This document shows, in pieces, positions 20,993 through 30,263 of a stretch of 64,000 nucleotides of DNA. Every line of letters begins with the position of its first letter. Positions within the stretch are counted from its first letter, which is position 1. The stretch spans positions 3,979,160-4,043,159 of the forward strand of contig OZ260106.1 in assembly GCA_965284645.1 (NCBI GenBank), read 5' to 3'. This stretch comes from an uncultured Bacteroidia bacterium (GTDB lineage Bacteria > Bacteroidota > Bacteroidia > JAIBAJ01). Under the pieces are notes generated by a model. The model was not told the origin of the DNA, ran no database searches, and worked only from the letters and a program-made list of their open reading frames with translations. The position numbers were made by a program, and so were the translations under genes.

Positions 20993-21149
20993 AAATTTGG
21001 CTCTCCGTTTTCAATTCTATAAAAATGGAAACGCATAGCGATACTAAAATCCGAATGGCAATTTTACTGAAGGTGGCTATTATTTTGGTAAGTCTCAGAC
21101 TTACTTTTCCCAAATCCAAGTTGAAAACTTGGATTTCCTCCCCCTTAAT

Positions 21150-21310
21150 CCCAGATTACGCATTAGAAATGCATAAACGATTAACCAGTTGTAAATCAAT
21201 TTGTTTGTCCAAATTGATAAAAACTGCTATCCCGAAATTTCTTCGGGAGGGGTAAACCCAACTAAATCAAGTAGTTCGGATTAATAAATCCTCCTATTGA
21301 TTAATTTGGG
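21150..21310 (+). mobile_element. 161-bp MITE-like element, copy 2 (TSD TTAAT)
   Basis: Flanked by TTAAT at 21145-21149 and 21311-21315. The distal TSD copy contains the tonB stop codon. Confidence 0.75.
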
Positions 21311-22150
21311 TTAATCCAGCACAAATACAAAGGTCATCGATCCCCGCTGTTCTTTGGTTCCGTCAAAACTAGGATTAAACTTCGTTGCAAAAGCCGCCTG
21401 ACGAGCCTTGGCATATAAAATCGGACTAGCCGTTGTACTTCCCCTCGCACCAGGTTCTGCCCTTACAACATCCCCAAACTCATTCACCACGATATCAACA
21501 ACCACTTTTCCTTGGTCTTGTGAATCATCAAAAACGGTTGGTTTCTTTACCAGCGACCGCCCCTTTAAGTTGTAACGAATACCATTGCCTACCCCTACTC
21601 CCGGACCACCTCCACTCCCTCCGTTTCCATCTGTTAATGGGTTACCATCTGGACTCCCTTCGTTGCCGGCCTGTCCGCTATTGCCATCACCCCCACCTGA
21701 ATTTTTAGAACGGGTGCGGAACTTATTCAATGCGTTCATCAATTCATTGCTTGGCTGTGGATTTGGCTTTACCACCTCAACCGGAACGTCAGGTTTCTTA
21801 ACTGTTTCCTTAGCGTCAGGTTTTGAATTGATAGCCACAGATTCTTCTGCCTCTGAAGTCAAAACATTCTCGGCTTTGCTTGGCGTTGATTCTGTATTTG
21901 GTGTAGGATTCTGAGGAACAGGCGATGGATCTGAAATATCGCCCATTTGATCGTTCTCTACATTGCCCGTACCTTCGATGAAATTTCCAAAATTCACTTC
22001 TATTCCGGGGGCTGGGCCTTCCGGATAAGGCGGAATAGGGGTTTTAAAAACCATCAAAATAAAAAACAGAAACAACAAACCATGCACCGCCAAGGTGGCA
22101 AGTATGGCCCAAACCCTCGAATTGTTGTCTTGTTCAGCAGCGCTCGTCAT
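21311..22150 (-). CDS. tonB: Energy transducer TonB
   Basis: N-terminal TM anchor, Pro-rich spacer (PIPPYPEGPAPG...PSPVPQNPTPN), and a C-terminal TonB domain. Confidence 0.8.
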   Translation of the reverse strand: MTSAAEQDNNSRVWAILATLAVHGLLFLFFILMVFKTPIPPYPEGPAPGIEVNFGNFIEGTGNVENDQMGDISDPSPVPQNPTPNTESTPSKAENVLTSEAEESVAINSKPDAKETVKKPDVPVEVVKPNPQPSNELMNALNKFRTRSKNSGGGDGNSGQAGNEGSPDGNPLTDGNGGSGGGPGVGVGNGIRYNLKGRSLVKKPTVFDDSQDQGKVVVDIVVNEFGDVVRAEPGARGSTTASPILYAKARQAAFATKFNPSFDGTKEQRGSMTFVFVLD

Positions 22151-22160
22151 GGGAATTGCC

Positions 22161-22562
22161 TTATCCGTTTGGAGATTTGGTAGCTAAAATCATCTTCACA
22201 TTGAGGCGATGTCCTATTTGTAAAACATCTACCACATCCTGAATACTCAATGAATTATCGAATCGAAGCACCACCGTTGGTTCTTTCGTACGATCCACCT
22301 CTGCTTTAATTGCTACTTCTAGTTCTTCAAATGCAACAGATACATTGTTGATATAATAGTGTCGGTCTTTGTCAACACTCACTGTTATTTGTTGCTTGCT
22401 CATGGTTTGACTTTGCTTACTGTTAGGCAAGGTCAATTTAATAACCGATGGGTTCACCAAGGTACTAATGATGAGGAAGAAAAGCAGCAAGAAAAACATG
22501 ATGTCGTTCAAGCTTGAGGTTGCAACCTCGGCGGTATGAAACCGTTTTTTGCGAAGATCCAT
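22161..22562 (-). CDS. exbD: Biopolymer transport protein ExbD/TolR
   Basis: 133 aa, single N-terminal TM, ExbD-like. Confidence 0.85.
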   Translation of the reverse strand: MDLRKKRFHTAEVATSSLNDIMFFLLLFFLIISTLVNPSVIKLTLPNSKQSQTMSKQQITVSVDKDRHYYINNVSVAFEELEVAIKAEVDRTKEPTVVLRFDNSLSIQDVVDVLQIGHRLNVKMILATKSPNG

Positions 22563-22570
22563 GGTTAAAC

Positions 22571-23275
22571 TTATTTACCTGGTTCGTTAAGAATATCGAG
22601 GAAATTGAGCACTGCCAATTCCATGGCATTGATTCGCTTTTCAAGAATGGCATTTAACCAGTGAAAACATACAAAGGCAAGCACACCTACGATCAATCCG
22701 CCCGCACTGGTTACCATTTTTTCGTAAAGACCACCAGCGATGAGACCTATGGAAATATTATCGGCTAAGGAAATATTGTAGAAAATTTTGATAACGCCAA
22801 GAATGGTTCCGATAAATCCAAACATGGGAGCCACCCCCGCTACGATGGAAAGGATATTTATTCCACGTTCCATTTTATAAACCTCTTGCTTTCCGGCCGA
22901 TTCCATAGCATTTTCGATTTCTTCTACCGGACGGCCAATACGGGAAATACCCTTTTCAAGTACGATTCCAATCGGACTACCATTTGAACGGCAATAATTA
23001 CGGGCACTTTGCAAATCACCCTTCATAATCATGTCGCGAACGGTATTGAGAATTTGCGGGTCTTTGTTTTTAGATTTAGAAAGCACCAAGAGTCTTTCTA
23101 CCAAAATAAACACCGTCACCACCGAAAGAATAGCAATCGGAATCATGATGACCCCACCTTTGAGAATCATATCCCATAAGGAAAGGGAAGTTTCAACAGG
23201 AGCCGGGGCAGGAAGACTAGGAGTTGGAAGAGAATCTTGCACTTGAGCAAGCAGGGTTAGGACAGAATTCAACAT
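22571..23275 (-). CDS. exbB: MotA/TolQ/ExbB proton-channel protein
   Basis: Three TM helices with the conserved GTILGVIKIF / MFGFIGT region. The N-terminal 19 aa of the track ORF (from 23332) are probably not translated. Confidence 0.8.
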   Translation of the reverse strand: MLNSVLTLLAQVQDSLPTPSLPAPAPVETSLSLWDMILKGGVIMIPIAILSVVTVFILVERLLVLSKSKNKDPQILNTVRDMIMKGDLQSARNYCRSNGSPIGIVLEKGISRIGRPVEEIENAMESAGKQEVYKMERGINILSIVAGVAPMFGFIGTILGVIKIFYNISLADNISIGLIAGGLYEKMVTSAGGLIVGVLAFVCFHWLNAILEKRINAMELAVLNFLDILNEPGK

Positions 23276-23499
23276 GTTTGGCGATATATTGATTAAAGTA
23301 AAGGTGTCCTCGTTTGTTGTAACGCAAATCACCTTAGCTTATTGCGAAGGTAGGCGGGTTGTTGGTGAGGCTTTGGGAGGAAGGGCTGTACTTTTAAACA
23401 GCAAAATGTGAGTAGTGGATGCAATTGATGCCCTTTCGATAATATATAAAAAAAGTTGTCGGGAATGGTTATTTAATGCACAAATGGTTGATTTTCGTT

Positions 23500-23638
23500 C
23501 CGGGAAGGGATAGCAGTGGAAAGCCCACAGCGGCCTGAGCGTAAGCGAAAGGCGCGAGGACTTGCAACGAATAGCCCGACCATGAGCCCAGTAAAATGCC
23601 TAATCAGGGTAGAATGGTTGAGGCGAATGGGACCCGCC
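23500..23638 (+). repeat. Family-1 GC-rich repeat, copy D (forward)
   Basis: CGGGAAGGGATAGCAGTGGAAAGCCCACAGCGG...CGAGGACTTGCAACGAATAGCCCGACC...GGGACCCGCC. Confidence 0.65.
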
Positions 23639-23670
23639 AAAAAAGTAATGCAATAATGTAAGAAAAGCTT

Positions 23671-25002
23671 CTATCGTTCGAATTCTAAACGCATTCCAGG
23701 ACCAACTTCCAAGATTTTTCCATTGAAATAGGCCAATTGACCGTTTACAAAAGTTTTCTCTACAGAAGCGCTAAACTCTTGTCCTTCGAAAGGCGACCAA
23801 CCGCATTTATAAAGCAGATTGTCTTTGTTGACCAACCAAGGCGAATGGTGGTTAACGAGCACTAAATCAGCCCAATAACCCTCGCGAATATAACCCCGCT
23901 CCTTGATTTGGAACATTTCTGCCACATTATGACAGTATTTCTGAACGATGGTTTCGACATCAAAAACGCCTTGCTTTTCCAACTCCAGCAGGGCTACCAA
24001 GGCATGTTGCACCAACGGACCACCAGAAGGAGCATTTAGGTAAGCTTGGCTCTTTTCTTCGATGGTATGCGGGGCATGGTCGGTTGCCAAAACATCGATA
24101 CGTCCATCTTTTACGGCTTGACGAATAGCTTCCCGGTCTTCCATATATTTAACAGCGGGGTTCCATTTTATCCAATTGCCTTTTTCGGCATAATCTTCGG
24201 CGCTGAACCACAAATGGTGGACACAGGCTTCGGCTGTAATTCGCTTTTCAGACAATGGGATGGATTCGAAAAGTTCCAGTTCTTTGGCAGTAGAAATATG
24301 CAAAATATGGAGACGGGTACCGTGCTTTTTGGCCAAGGCAACAGCCATGGAGGATGACGCATAACAAGCTTCGGTGTTTCTAATTTTCGGATGAAACTCT
24401 GCTGTTAATTCACCACTAAATTCAGCTTTTATTTTATCCAAATTAGCCTTGATAATGCCATCAACCTCGCAATGGGTGGCAATGAGCATATCCACTTTCG
24501 AAAAAATATTTTCCAATGTACCGGGTTGATCTACCAGCATATTTCCAGTGCTGCTTCCCATGAAAATTTTCACTCCACATACCTTCTTTTTATCGGTTTT
24601 TAGGATTTCTTCCAAATTATCGTTGGAGGTTCCCATGTAAAAGGAATAATTTCCAAGTGAAACCTGACTAGCGCGATCGTACTTTTGCTCGAGCAATGCT
24701 TGGGTTAGGGCGCCCGGAACCGTATTGGGCATTTCCATGTAAGAGGTAATTCCTCCGGCAACTGCAGCTCTACTTTCGGTATACAAATCGCCTTTGTGGG
24801 TTAGACCTGGCTCGCGAAAATGGACCTGATCATCGATTAAACCAGGCAACAACAAACGGTTTTCGGCATTGAACTCCGTATAGTTAAACGGAACATCAAT
24901 AAAAGGAGCCAGTTTTTCAATTCTTCCTTTTCTAATCAGCAAATCGGAATAGAAGCGTTTCCCTTCATTGACAATCAGTGCGTTGCGAAGAATATAGGTC
25001 AT
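23671..25002 (-). CDS. pyrC: Dihydroorotase (cyclic amidohydrolase superfamily)
   Basis: LLPGLIDDQVHFREPG metal-binding motif and the amidohydrolase fold. The start is chosen at MTYILRN so it does not overlap the upstream permease. Confidence 0.7.
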   Translation of the reverse strand: MTYILRNALIVNEGKRFYSDLLIRKGRIEKLAPFIDVPFNYTEFNAENRLLLPGLIDDQVHFREPGLTHKGDLYTESRAAVAGGITSYMEMPNTVPGALTQALLEQKYDRASQVSLGNYSFYMGTSNDNLEEILKTDKKKVCGVKIFMGSSTGNMLVDQPGTLENIFSKVDMLIATHCEVDGIIKANLDKIKAEFSGELTAEFHPKIRNTEACYASSSMAVALAKKHGTRLHILHISTAKELELFESIPLSEKRITAEACVHHLWFSAEDYAEKGNWIKWNPAVKYMEDREAIRQAVKDGRIDVLATDHAPHTIEEKSQAYLNAPSGGPLVQHALVALLELEKQGVFDVETIVQKYCHNVAEMFQIKERGYIREGYWADLVLVNHHSPWLVNKDNLLYKCGWSPFEGQEFSASVEKTFVNGQLAYFNGKILEVGPGMRLEFER

Positions 25003-25019
25003 GGTAACAGGTTTAGTAA

Positions 25020-26471
25020 CTATCCTTCCTGGGCGGCTTTCCCATTGATAGCTCTCCACAAATAGTAAACAGGAATTCCGCAGAGCACAATGGCCAAACC
25101 AGGAATGGTGTAGTTTGGTTTTTGCAAAATTAGGTTAACTACGAATCCACTCATCGCTAAAATATAAACAATAGGTAAAAAAGGATATCCGAAAGCTTTG
25201 ATGGGACGGTCCAGATGCGGAGCCTTTTTTCGAAGAATAAACAACCCTACAATGGCCAAGACATAGAATAGCACCACTACAAACATAACATAGTCCAGCA
25301 AATCGCCGTATTTCCCGCTGAGGCAAAGTAAGGAGCACCAAACAAACTGGATCCAAAGCGAAATTTCAGGCACATGGTTTTTATTGAGCACCGCCATATT
25401 TTTGAAAAACAGACCGTCTTGGGCCATGGTTTGGTATACCCGACTTGCCGAGAGCATCATGCCGTTGTTGGCGCCAAAAGTTGAAATCATGATTAAGGCC
25501 GCCATTATTGAAGCTCCGATTGGACCAAAAACTATGGACATCACACCTGTGGCCACCCTGTCGTCCTGCACATACTGGATACCTTTATCCAAAATGCTAG
25601 TCCCAGAGGGATTACCCCACATTGGTAAAACAAACAAGTAAGCAATATTGGCTAATAAATAAAGTAAAACCACACCTGAAACCCCAAATACTAGGGCTTT
25701 GGGAACATTTTTCTTAGGGTTTTCGATTTCGTTTGCGATAAAGGTCACATTGTTCCATGCGTCGCTAGAGAACAAAGAACCTACCATGGCAACACCGAAA
25801 GCTGATAATAAGGCAGTGATAGTCCAAGGTTGGGCATTCCACTGTCCGTCAATCCATTCTTTCTTATCCAGACTGAAGAAATCCGTAAAGTTGAGGGAAA
25901 TTGAATCAGGATTAGAAAACAAGAAAATGGCTGTAACGATGACAAAAAGCAAGGTAGAGGCCTTGATAACCGTCAAAATAGATTGCACTAAACCGCCATA
26001 ATGGACACCTCGGGTATTGATAAGGGTAATGACAAAAATTGAAAATATTGCAAGGAGTTGAGCTGCATTGATAGGCAAAGAACCAACATTGAACAGTACA
26101 TTTTCAGGACTAAAAAACGGAAAAAGTACTGCTGAGAATTTGGCAAAGGCTACCGCCACCGCAGCAATTGCACCCGATTGGATCACAAGGAACAAAGACC
26201 AACCATATAAAAAGGCTAATAAAGGATTGTAGGCTTCCTTCAAGTATTGGTATTGTCCGCCTGACTGTGGAAACATACCCGAAAATTCGCTGTAGCAACT
26301 AGCTGCAATTAAGGTAAGCAAGCCTGTAACAATCCAAACCAATAAGAGCAACAAAGGATTTCCAAGCACTCGAGAAATATCGGCACTTACGATGAAGATG
26401 CCTGATCCGATCATGGTTCCCATCACCATAAAAACGGCGGTAGACAAACCCAATTTCCTTTTTTCCATCAT
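25020..26471 (-). CDS. APC-family amino acid permease
   Basis: 12-TM protein with an N-terminal GTMIGSGIF signature of amino acid/polyamine/organocation transporters. Confidence 0.8.
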   Translation of the reverse strand: MMEKRKLGLSTAVFMVMGTMIGSGIFIVSADISRVLGNPLLLLLVWIVTGLLTLIAASCYSEFSGMFPQSGGQYQYLKEAYNPLLAFLYGWSLFLVIQSGAIAAVAVAFAKFSAVLFPFFSPENVLFNVGSLPINAAQLLAIFSIFVITLINTRGVHYGGLVQSILTVIKASTLLFVIVTAIFLFSNPDSISLNFTDFFSLDKKEWIDGQWNAQPWTITALLSAFGVAMVGSLFSSDAWNNVTFIANEIENPKKNVPKALVFGVSGVVLLYLLANIAYLFVLPMWGNPSGTSILDKGIQYVQDDRVATGVMSIVFGPIGASIMAALIMISTFGANNGMMLSASRVYQTMAQDGLFFKNMAVLNKNHVPEISLWIQFVWCSLLCLSGKYGDLLDYVMFVVVLFYVLAIVGLFILRKKAPHLDRPIKAFGYPFLPIVYILAMSGFVVNLILQKPNYTIPGLAIVLCGIPVYYLWRAINGKAAQEG

Positions 26472-26546
26472 TTAATTCTGTTTTGCAATCCTAACAAGGA
26501 AATGCGGTGCTTTGCGTTTCTAAAAATTTTGTTTCCAACAGGCTTA

Positions 26547-28700
26547 TCAAGGTTTTTCGCTCATGATAAAATCCAAATTCCCACCTTCCATCACTTGGGC
26601 ATGGGTGATATAAGGCTGGGTAAGTTTTTGACCGTTAAGAATCACCTCTTTTACATAAACTGCAGTCTCGCTTTGGTTTTGTGTGCTAACCGTAAAGGTC
26701 TTACCGCTTCCGACAGCTAGACTTGCATTGCGTACGATTGGACTACCCAAAAAGTACTTTCCATCAGATGGATTCAAGGGATAAAAGCCCAAGGCCGAAA
26801 ACACATACCAAGCCGACATTTGGCCGCAATCTTCGTTTCCGCACAATCCCGCTTTGGAATCGTTGTAGAGCGTTCGCATAATTCTTCTTACCATAGCCTG
26901 GGTTTTGCTGGGCTGTCCAACAGCGGCATACAAATAGGAAATATGGTGGGAAGGTTCGTTTCCGTGGGCATATAGGCCGATAAGTCCAGAAACATCAGGA
27001 GGTGCACCTGGGCCAAGTTCCAATTTAAGCGTAAAAAGACTATCCAATTTATTAACGAATCTTTCCTTTCCACCCATCAATTTCACCAAACCATCCACAT
27101 CGTGCGGAACAAACCAGGAATATTGCCAAGCATTGCCTTCCGTATATTCATGCTGCAAGTTGGTAGCATGCATAGGATTGAATGGCCAAACCCAAGTTCC
27201 CAAACTGGTTTTCCCTCGCATAAAACCAGTGGAGTTGTCCCAATAATTTCTATACATTCCTGCCCGGGTATTAAACAAAGTAGCATCTTCCTTTTTGCCC
27301 ATTTTCTCTGCCATTTGAGCAATACACCAGTCATCGTATGCATATTCCAAGGCTTTGGAAACACTTTCCCCTTCCCTATCACAAGGGATATAATCGGAGG
27401 CATTGCCCGATTCCAAAAACTTTAAGCCTCTTTTACCACTCAAGGCACTTTTCTTCATAGCCTCATAGGCTTTTTGCGTATCGAAACCGGTAAAGCCTTT
27501 GAGATAGGCATCTGAAATAACTGGAACCGAATGGTAACCAATCATGCAATTGGTTTCGCAACCTTGCAGGGTCCAAACAGGCAATAAACCTCCCTGTTCT
27601 TGGAAACCGAGCAAAGAATTAACCAAATCAGGCACACGTTTAGGCTGCACTATAGTAAGTAAGGGGTGTTCGGCCCGAAAGGTATCCCATAAAGAAAATG
27701 TACAGTAATTGGTAAAATTCCCTTTATGTACTTTATCATCAGGGCCTCGGTATTGTCCATCTACATCACAATAGGTAGTAGGCGCCAAGAAGCTATGGTA
27801 GAGGGCTGTGTAAAAAGTTGTTTGGTCGGCTTCAGAAAGCGATTGAACGGTTACCACATTTAGTTCTTTTTCCCAAATTTGTCGGGCTTCAGCTCTAATC
27901 TGATCAAAACCTTTCGAACTTGCTTCGACTTGGAGGTTGTTTTGAGCACCTTCAATACTCACACACGAAATCCCTACTTTGACCGTAATCTGCTCTCCTT
28001 CATTGGTTTCGAAACGAAGTACGGCCAAACTATTTCTTCCTTTGGCTTTACCTGGGGCATCTTCGTTTCGGATGGATGAGGAAGTAAAGGGTTTGGAAAA
28101 CTCGGCAACAAAGAAGATCTTTTGGTTATCGGCCCATCCTTTAGAAAAACGATATCCTGAAATTCGATTATTACCATCAACTTGCACCATAGTTTGAAGC
28201 GGATGGTCGTCGTTTCCATAGCCTAGGTTTACAATAACATCGGCTGCCTTAGAACTTGGAAAGGTATAGCGTTGCACCCCAACTCGATTGGTGGCGGTAA
28301 GTTCAGCTTTTATATTTGAACCGTCAAGTTTTACAGAATAGTAACCAGCTTCAGCCTTTTCATTGTCGTGGTTAAAGGTGGCAGCATATTTTCCGGCCTT
28401 GCCTACTTTCACCCCTATTCCAGGCATTAACAGAATATCCCCAAGGTCGGCACAACCAGTTCCGCTGAGGTGTAGATTGGCAAATCCAACAATTTTGTCC
28501 ATGCTGTTATGATAGCCCGAGCACCAGTCCCAGCCTTTTTTACCATTCTCAGGACTTACTTGCACCATTCCAAACGGAACAGAAGGTCCAGGGTAAGTAT
28601 GTCCATGTTCGGCCGTGCCTATTAATGGATTAACATAGTCAACTGGCGATTTTTGAGCCCAGAGTGACAGGGGAAGACAAAAGAACAGAAGGAGCTTTTT
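26547..28700 (-). CDS. Glycoside hydrolase family 92 alpha-1,2-mannosidase (secreted)
   Basis: Signal peptide MKKLLLFFCLPLSLWA, then the GH92 N-terminal signature VNPLIGT..HGHTYPG...PFGMVQVSP. Confidence 0.85.
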   Translation of the reverse strand, partial: KKLLLFFCLPLSLWAQKSPVDYVNPLIGTAEHGHTYPGPSVPFGMVQVSPENGKKGWDWCSGYHNSMDKIVGFANLHLSGTGCADLGDILLMPGIGVKVGKAGKYAATFNHDNEKAEAGYYSVKLDGSNIKAELTATNRVGVQRYTFPSSKAADVIVNLGYGNDDHPLQTMVQVDGNNRISGYRFSKGWADNQKIFFVAEFSKPFTSSSIRNEDAPGKAKGRNSLAVLRFETNEGEQITVKVGISCVSIEGAQNNLQVEASSKGFDQIRAEARQIWEKELNVVTVQSLSEADQTTFYTALYHSFLAPTTYCDVDGQYRGPDDKVHKGNFTNYCTFSLWDTFRAEHPLLTIVQPKRVPDLVNSLLGFQEQGGLLPVWTLQGCETNCMIGYHSVPVISDAYLKGFTGFDTQKAYEAMKKSALSGKRGLKFLESGNASDYIPCDREGESVSKALEYAYDDWCIAQMAEKMGKKEDATLFNTRAGMYRNYWDNSTGFMRGKTSLGTWVWPFNPMHATNLQHEYTEGNAWQYSWFVPHDVDGLVKLMGGKERFVNKLDSLFTLKLELGPGAPPDVSGLIGLYAHGNEPSHHISYLYAAVGQPSKTQAMVRRIMRTLYNDSKAGLCGNEDCGQMSAWYVFSALGFYPLNPSDGKYFLGSPIVRNASLAVGSGKTFTVSTQNQSETAVYVKEVILNGQKLTQPYITHAQVMEGGNLDFIMSEKP

Positions 28701-28702
28701 CA

Positions 28703-30133
28703 TTAAAATTGTTGTTGTAGAATTTGGGGATTTTCGAGGTATACTTTCAAGATAAATTCGCCAAACAGCGTATTGGCCCAGGCAAACCAAGATCGGGTAT
28801 ATTCTTTGGGATTGTTTTTATGGAAAGCTTCATGCATAAAACCTGTTCCAGCATGAGTGGCCTTCAAGGTTTTGATGCATTGGATCACTTCAGAATGGTC
28901 GGTTGAAGTCATTCCGCGCATGATGATTCCCAAGGGCCACACCATATCCGCACCCACATGTGGACCTCCAATACCTTGCGCGGCAGTTCCCGAATAGAAG
29001 AAAGGATTATCTAAGCTTAACACAAAGGCTCTGGTATTTTTATACACGGGATCGGCTGGATTCATTCCAACCAAGTAAGGTAAGGATAATAAGGATGGAA
29101 CATTGGCGTCGTCCATCAATAAAGCATTGCCATAACCATCTACTTCATAGGCATAAATTTTACCATACAATGGATGACTTACCGTTCCATATTGCTCAAT
29201 AGCCTGCTTTACCTCCAATGCTAAGGTTTTACATTCATTGGCAAAGGCCTGATCCTTCCAAACAGAAAGCGCAATTTCTTCCAACTGGAACAAGCTGTGG
29301 ATCGCAAATAAGTTTGAAGGAATCAAAAAGGGGAAGGTACAGGCATCGTCACTAGGACGAAACATGGAATGGATTAACCCTATCTTCTTGGTAGGATTTC
29401 CATATCCCCCCATAGGAAGGGTATCGGTTGGGGTTTCAGTGTTTCGCTGGAACTTATATGGACCATTGTCCACTTTGCGCTGCTGTTGTTTCAGGGTAGA
29501 AACGATTCGCTGGGCTGCCTGCTTCCAAGTATCATCCAAGGGAAGAATATCACCCGTTTGTTTCCAATAGCCATAAGCTAATCGAACAGGATAGCAAAGC
29601 GAGTCTATTTCCCATTTACGCTCATGCAATTCAGGCTTCATTTCCGTTCGGTCACTTTTCCAACCACCACCTGATTTACCCTTATTAAAGGCATTGGCAT
29701 AGGGATCGATCAGAATACATTTTGCTTGTCGGCGCAAAACACCCTCCAACACTTGCTTAAGTTTGGCATCCTTATTTGCCAAGGAAAGATAGGGCCAGAC
29801 TTGGGCAGAACTATCTCTCAGCCACATCGCTTTTATATCACCAGTTATTACAAAGGTATCGGGCTTACCATCCTTTATTTCAAAATCAATTGTTGTATCG
29901 AGGGTATTGGGAAAACAATTTTGGAAAAGCCAAGCTAATTCTTTATCCGGAAGAAATGCTTTTAAGGTTTGGATTGTTTCTTCAACGGCTTGCGAGGAAA
30001 AGTTTTTGACTAAAGGTCTTTTAGAAGGAAAAGCTTCTGCTGCAGAAAAACCTTGAAAAGGATTAATTCCAATACCTATACCGGAACCAAATACTGCAAA
30101 GGATTTCAATAGTTGGCGACGAGCTAAAGTCAT
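28703..30133 (-). CDS. Glycoside hydrolase family 125 (metal-independent exo-alpha-1,6-mannosidase, DUF1237)
   Basis: Twin-arginine-like signal (RRQLLKSFAVFGSG). AMWLRDSSAQ motif characteristic of GH125. Length about 476 aa. Confidence 0.65.
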   Translation of the reverse strand: MTLARRQLLKSFAVFGSGIGIGINPFQGFSAAEAFPSKRPLVKNFSSQAVEETIQTLKAFLPDKELAWLFQNCFPNTLDTTIDFEIKDGKPDTFVITGDIKAMWLRDSSAQVWPYLSLANKDAKLKQVLEGVLRRQAKCILIDPYANAFNKGKSGGGWKSDRTEMKPELHERKWEIDSLCYPVRLAYGYWKQTGDILPLDDTWKQAAQRIVSTLKQQQRKVDNGPYKFQRNTETPTDTLPMGGYGNPTKKIGLIHSMFRPSDDACTFPFLIPSNLFAIHSLFQLEEIALSVWKDQAFANECKTLALEVKQAIEQYGTVSHPLYGKIYAYEVDGYGNALLMDDANVPSLLSLPYLVGMNPADPVYKNTRAFVLSLDNPFFYSGTAAQGIGGPHVGADMVWPLGIIMRGMTSTDHSEVIQCIKTLKATHAGTGFMHEAFHKNNPKEYTRSWFAWANTLFGEFILKVYLENPQILQQQF

Positions 30134-30263
30134 TTTTTTCTTGAATCAAATATTTCTTAAACCAAGCTTCGCCAGATGAAATGAAAATTAATGATAGCAG
30201 CAAAACTGGCAACTAAAGTAAAAATATTGCTTTAGTCCAAGAAAAAAAGAGGAGAACCTAAGT

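Noticed and set aside
21025-21255. 76-aa ORF upstream of tonB
   Set aside because: Overlaps the MITE copy 2 and repeat-rich intergenic DNA; no coding signal.
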